A stretch of DNA of 64,000 nt from an uncultured bacterium (GTDB taxonomy: Bacteria; Chloroflexota; UBA5177; JANWHV01), in assembly GCA_963729625.1 (NCBI GenBank), contig CAVSOU010000017.1:96001-160000 (forward strand), in the 5' to 3' direction. Below the pieces are notes generated by a model, which saw only the letters and a program-made list of their open reading frames with translations, was not told the origin of the DNA and did no database searches. Shown one piece after another: positions 61,249-64,000 of the stretch. Position 1 is the first letter of the stretch, and each line of letters opens with the position of its first letter. The translations under genes were made by a program, and so were the position numbers.

Positions 61249-61734
61249 TTAGCCGCTGTGCCGAAAACCTGCGTCACGCATCGTCAAGGGCTCGCCGGTT
61301 CTCAGCAGCGTGGCATCGGTCACGCGCGCGACCAGCAACGTCGAGTCCCCGGCCGGCGTCTCCGACTCGACCGCGCACCGCACGTAGCCGAGGCAATCGG
61401 CCAGTACTGGCGGCACGTCAGCTGCTGCTTCCTCGGCCAGCCACACCACGCCGTCGAGCTTGCTTGGCGCGCGGCGTTGAGAGCGGCCCAAGGTGCCCGC
61501 CAACTCACGGCGACCACTCTCCAGTACGCAGGCGGCGAACACACCACTGGCACGGATAAGCTCCAACGAGAGCGTATCATTCTCCACCGAAACCGCCAGA
61601 AGAGGCGGGTCAAACGACACCTGTGTTAGCCAGTTCACGGTACATGCGTTCTGCCGGCCCTGGTAGCGGCTCGTAACCACGTATAGACCGTAGGTAAACA
61701 GCCGCAGCACCGACTTCTTTGCCGCTTCATCCAT
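61249..61734 (-). CDS. Flavin reductase-like FMN-binding protein
   Basis: YGLYVVT, TVNWLTQVSFDPPLLAV, GDSTL.V; GGAGG RBS. Confidence 0.9.
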   Translation of the reverse strand: MDEAAKKSVLRLFTYGLYVVTSRYQGRQNACTVNWLTQVSFDPPLLAVSVENDTLSLELIRASGVFAACVLESGRRELAGTLGRSQRRAPSKLDGVVWLAEEAAADVPPVLADCLGYVRCAVESETPAGDSTLLVARVTDATLLRTGEPLTMRDAGFRHSG

Positions 61735-62236
61735 CTTGGTTGCCTCCAATTGCGCCGCAAATCGCACACGATCACGGATCACCCGACCTGACTCGCGTAC
61801 CGGCGCCACGGTCACGCAAGGCAGGTCGCCACGCCATTATCGTAGATCGTTTGGCGCTTGCAGGGTCGCCCACCGCAGACAGGACGGGTTCGCGGGCTAC
61901 TCGCCTACCGGGTGCGGCTTGGCTCCGCGCTCCAGTCGTACCGCGACGAGGACGGTGCTACGCCTACGTGGTTACGCGCGGCGCGGAGGCTTGCGTCAAT
62001 CTCCGCGATGGTGTTGATGATCGCGTCGTGCTCGGCAATGCGGAGGCTGCGAGCCTCTCTTCGGTTTGATCTATCATGGATGTTCCCGCCGACCGTGTTG
62101 TCAGCGTCAACTCCTTGTCGAAACATGCATGCCAATCGTATGGCCGGCGGCCGGCGCCTTGCCGGTGCCACTGGGATGGCCGCAGTACACGGTCGGGGCA
62201 TGGTATTGATCCTTTCACTCAGGAAGGGAATCTGGA

Positions 62237-62959
62237 ATGCGCGTGGGGGAAACATGGGAGCAGGCGGCCGAGAACTGGGTACGGTGGACGCGTACGCCGG
62301 GATTCGATGCCTACTGGTACTACGGCGAAACGTTCTTTGCGCACATCGTGCCGCCACCGGGTCGCCGCACGCTGGAAGTCGGTTGCGGCGAGGGCCGCGT
62401 GGCGCGCGACCTGGCACGGCACGGCCATGTGATGACAGCGATCGACGCGTCGCCTACCTTGCTACGCTATGCGCAAGAAGCGGATCCTGCCGGCCGATAC
62501 GTGCTCGCGGATGCGGCGGCGTTGCCGTTCGCTGACGGCGAGTTCGATCTTGTCGTCGCCTATAACTCGCTGATGGACTTCGAAGATATGCCGGGCGCGG
62601 TGCGCGAGGCGGCGCGCGTGCTGGCGCCGGGCGGCCGCTTCTGCATCTGCGTCACTCATCCGCTGAACGACGCGGGCAACTTCGAGGGTGATGGGCCGGA
62701 GGAGCCGTTCATCATCCGCGGCTCTTACCTGGCAAGCCGTACGTTCGACGAGACGTTCGAGCGCGACGGCTTGAGAATGACCTTTCACGGCTACTGCCAC
62801 CCTACTGGCGCATATGCACAGGCACTGGAACAGGCCGGCTTCCTGATCGAGCAAATGCGCGAGCCGGCGGCGCCGGAAACCGCTGTCGCCACGAGATCGT
62901 CCTTCCTGAAGTGGCAGCGCGTGCCGATGTTCCTGCACATCAGAGCGGTGAAAGGCTGA
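62237..62959 (+). CDS. Class I SAM-dependent methyltransferase
   Basis: LEVGCGEG, LPFADGEFDLV, RVLAPGG. Confidence 0.92.
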   Translation: MRVGETWEQAAENWVRWTRTPGFDAYWYYGETFFAHIVPPPGRRTLEVGCGEGRVARDLARHGHVMTAIDASPTLLRYAQEADPAGRYVLADAAALPFADGEFDLVVAYNSLMDFEDMPGAVREAARVLAPGGRFCICVTHPLNDAGNFEGDGPEEPFIIRGSYLASRTFDETFERDGLRMTFHGYCHPTGAYAQALEQAGFLIEQMREPAAPETAVATRSSFLKWQRVPMFLHIRAVKG

Positions 62960-63035
62960 CCGGAGGACGCGCCTCGCCGCTGCACCGGCAACCTGCTCCT
63001 GGCCCATGCAGGACACATGAGAGCCTGGGCGCGAC

Positions 63036-63626
63036 TCAGATCGGCAACATCTCCGGCACGTCGGTGCGCCGATAGAGGGTGCTCACGGGAAGGCGCACGT
63101 CGACACTGGTCAGCTCCACCTCATCGCGAGGCCCGTACATACGGAAGACACCCCAACCCTCATTCGTGCGCCGGTAGACTTCGACGAGCTGCACCTCCGT
63201 GTTCACCAGGACATACTCCTGCAAGCTCTCGCAGCTCCGGTAGTAGGCCGTCTTGTGCGTGCGATCGTAGTGTTCTGTGGACTGGGAAAGCACCTCAAAA
63301 ACGACCTTGGGCGCCGCCAGCTCGGTCTTTTCGCGTGACGTTGTCCCGGCGCCTTCGCATGACACCGTCACATCCGGATAGGTATAGCGGCTCTCAGACA
63401 GCCGCACCGGCATGTCCGATGCGTATACCATGCACGGCACGTCACTCAGTGCAGCGTCCAGAGCAGCGACGGCATTGATGGCGATTCTTGCGTGGGTCTC
63501 CGTCCCGCCAGCCATTGCATACGCATAGCCGTCGATGTATTCGTGTTTCACATCGCGGCTCTCGCGCTCAAGCACTCGCCACTCTTCAATGCTCATGCGC
63601 GTGCGCTTTCCCTGTTCAGCCAGCAT
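63036..63626 (-). CDS. Uma2 family putative endonuclease
   Basis: KHEYIDG.AYAMAGG..H, YPDVTVSC, FEVLS.STE.YDR..K, SLQEYVLV. Confidence 0.9.
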   Translation of the reverse strand: MLAEQGKRTRMSIEEWRVLERESRDVKHEYIDGYAYAMAGGTETHARIAINAVAALDAALSDVPCMVYASDMPVRLSESRYTYPDVTVSCEGAGTTSREKTELAAPKVVFEVLSQSTEHYDRTHKTAYYRSCESLQEYVLVNTEVQLVEVYRRTNEGWGVFRMYGPRDEVELTSVDVRLPVSTLYRRTDVPEMLPI

Positions 63627-63710
63627 TGATCCGCACCTCCTCGTCCTCAAGTGTACTGCTGGCGCGTCTGTCCCGCGCCAGGCAGGCCACCCACACATGC
63701 CGGCCACGGT

Positions 63711-64000
63711 TCACGCATCGAAGTCTTCGATGACGTAGTCATCGTGCGGGGGCGGCCGTTTTCTCGAGCCACGCGGGAGCCGGCGAAGCAACTGGCGCGC
63801 CGGGATGTCGTCACCGGAAATGGCGTCGCCCGACGAGATACCGTTGCCTCCGGCACCAACGTCGTCGATCTCGGCATCGCCGGCAGCCACGTCGTCCATC
63901 CGCACGATGCCATCGCCGAACTGCTCGTGATACAGCCCGGCGTAGACTCCACCTTTCTCGATCAGCTCCCGATGCGTGCCGCGCTCAACGATACGGCCGG
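63711..64000 (-). CDS. C-terminal end of an ABC transporter (ABCB-type) ATP-binding protein, partial
   Basis: Minus-strand frame reads GRIVERGTHRELIEKGGVYAGLYHEQF, followed by an acidic tail; it runs off the window edge. Confidence 0.8.
   Translation of the reverse strand, partial: GRIVERGTHRELIEKGGVYAGLYHEQFGDGIVRMDDVAAGDAEIDDVGAGGNGISSGDAISGDDIPARQLLRRLPRGSRKRPPPHDDYVIEDFDA

Noticed and set aside
61905-62218. Possible small minus-strand ORF
   Set aside because: Ambiguous start and no recognisable homology.

Overview
GC-rich (visually about 65%) bacterial chromosomal window whose gene repertoire (XRE-HTH/AAA/TPR regulators, Uma2 nucleases, F420-dependent PPOX protein, DUF4037) suggests a soil Chloroflexota- or Actinomycetota-like organism; this taxonomy is inference. 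It is a mosaic accessory region with roughly 50 intact CDSs. These include housekeeping and metabolic genes (cold-shock protein, ilvE, dusB, uxuA, sugar kinases, a GH127-LacI locus), transporters, three XRE-STAND-TPR regulators (one frameshifted), a Tat-type vanadium haloperoxidase, several secreted repeat proteins, six toxin-antitoxin loci in various states of decay, and many gene fragments. No rRNA, tRNA or CRISPR array was recognised. The best candidate for an undescribed system is a minus-strand three-gene unit at 16059-19450. It encodes a 43-aa signal-peptide-like precursor ending ...ASGAGTQWF, a DUF5317-type membrane protein carrying signal-peptidase-II-like twin aspartate motifs, and a multi-TM GAF-GGDEF-HD-GYP protein. 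Together these suggest a peptide-pheromone to c-di-GMP signalling circuit. Also notable are 11-bp-phased operator arrays and a TA cassette bounded by 75-bp direct repeats that duplicate the start of the neighbouring gene. All family assignments come from motif recognition, not database searches.
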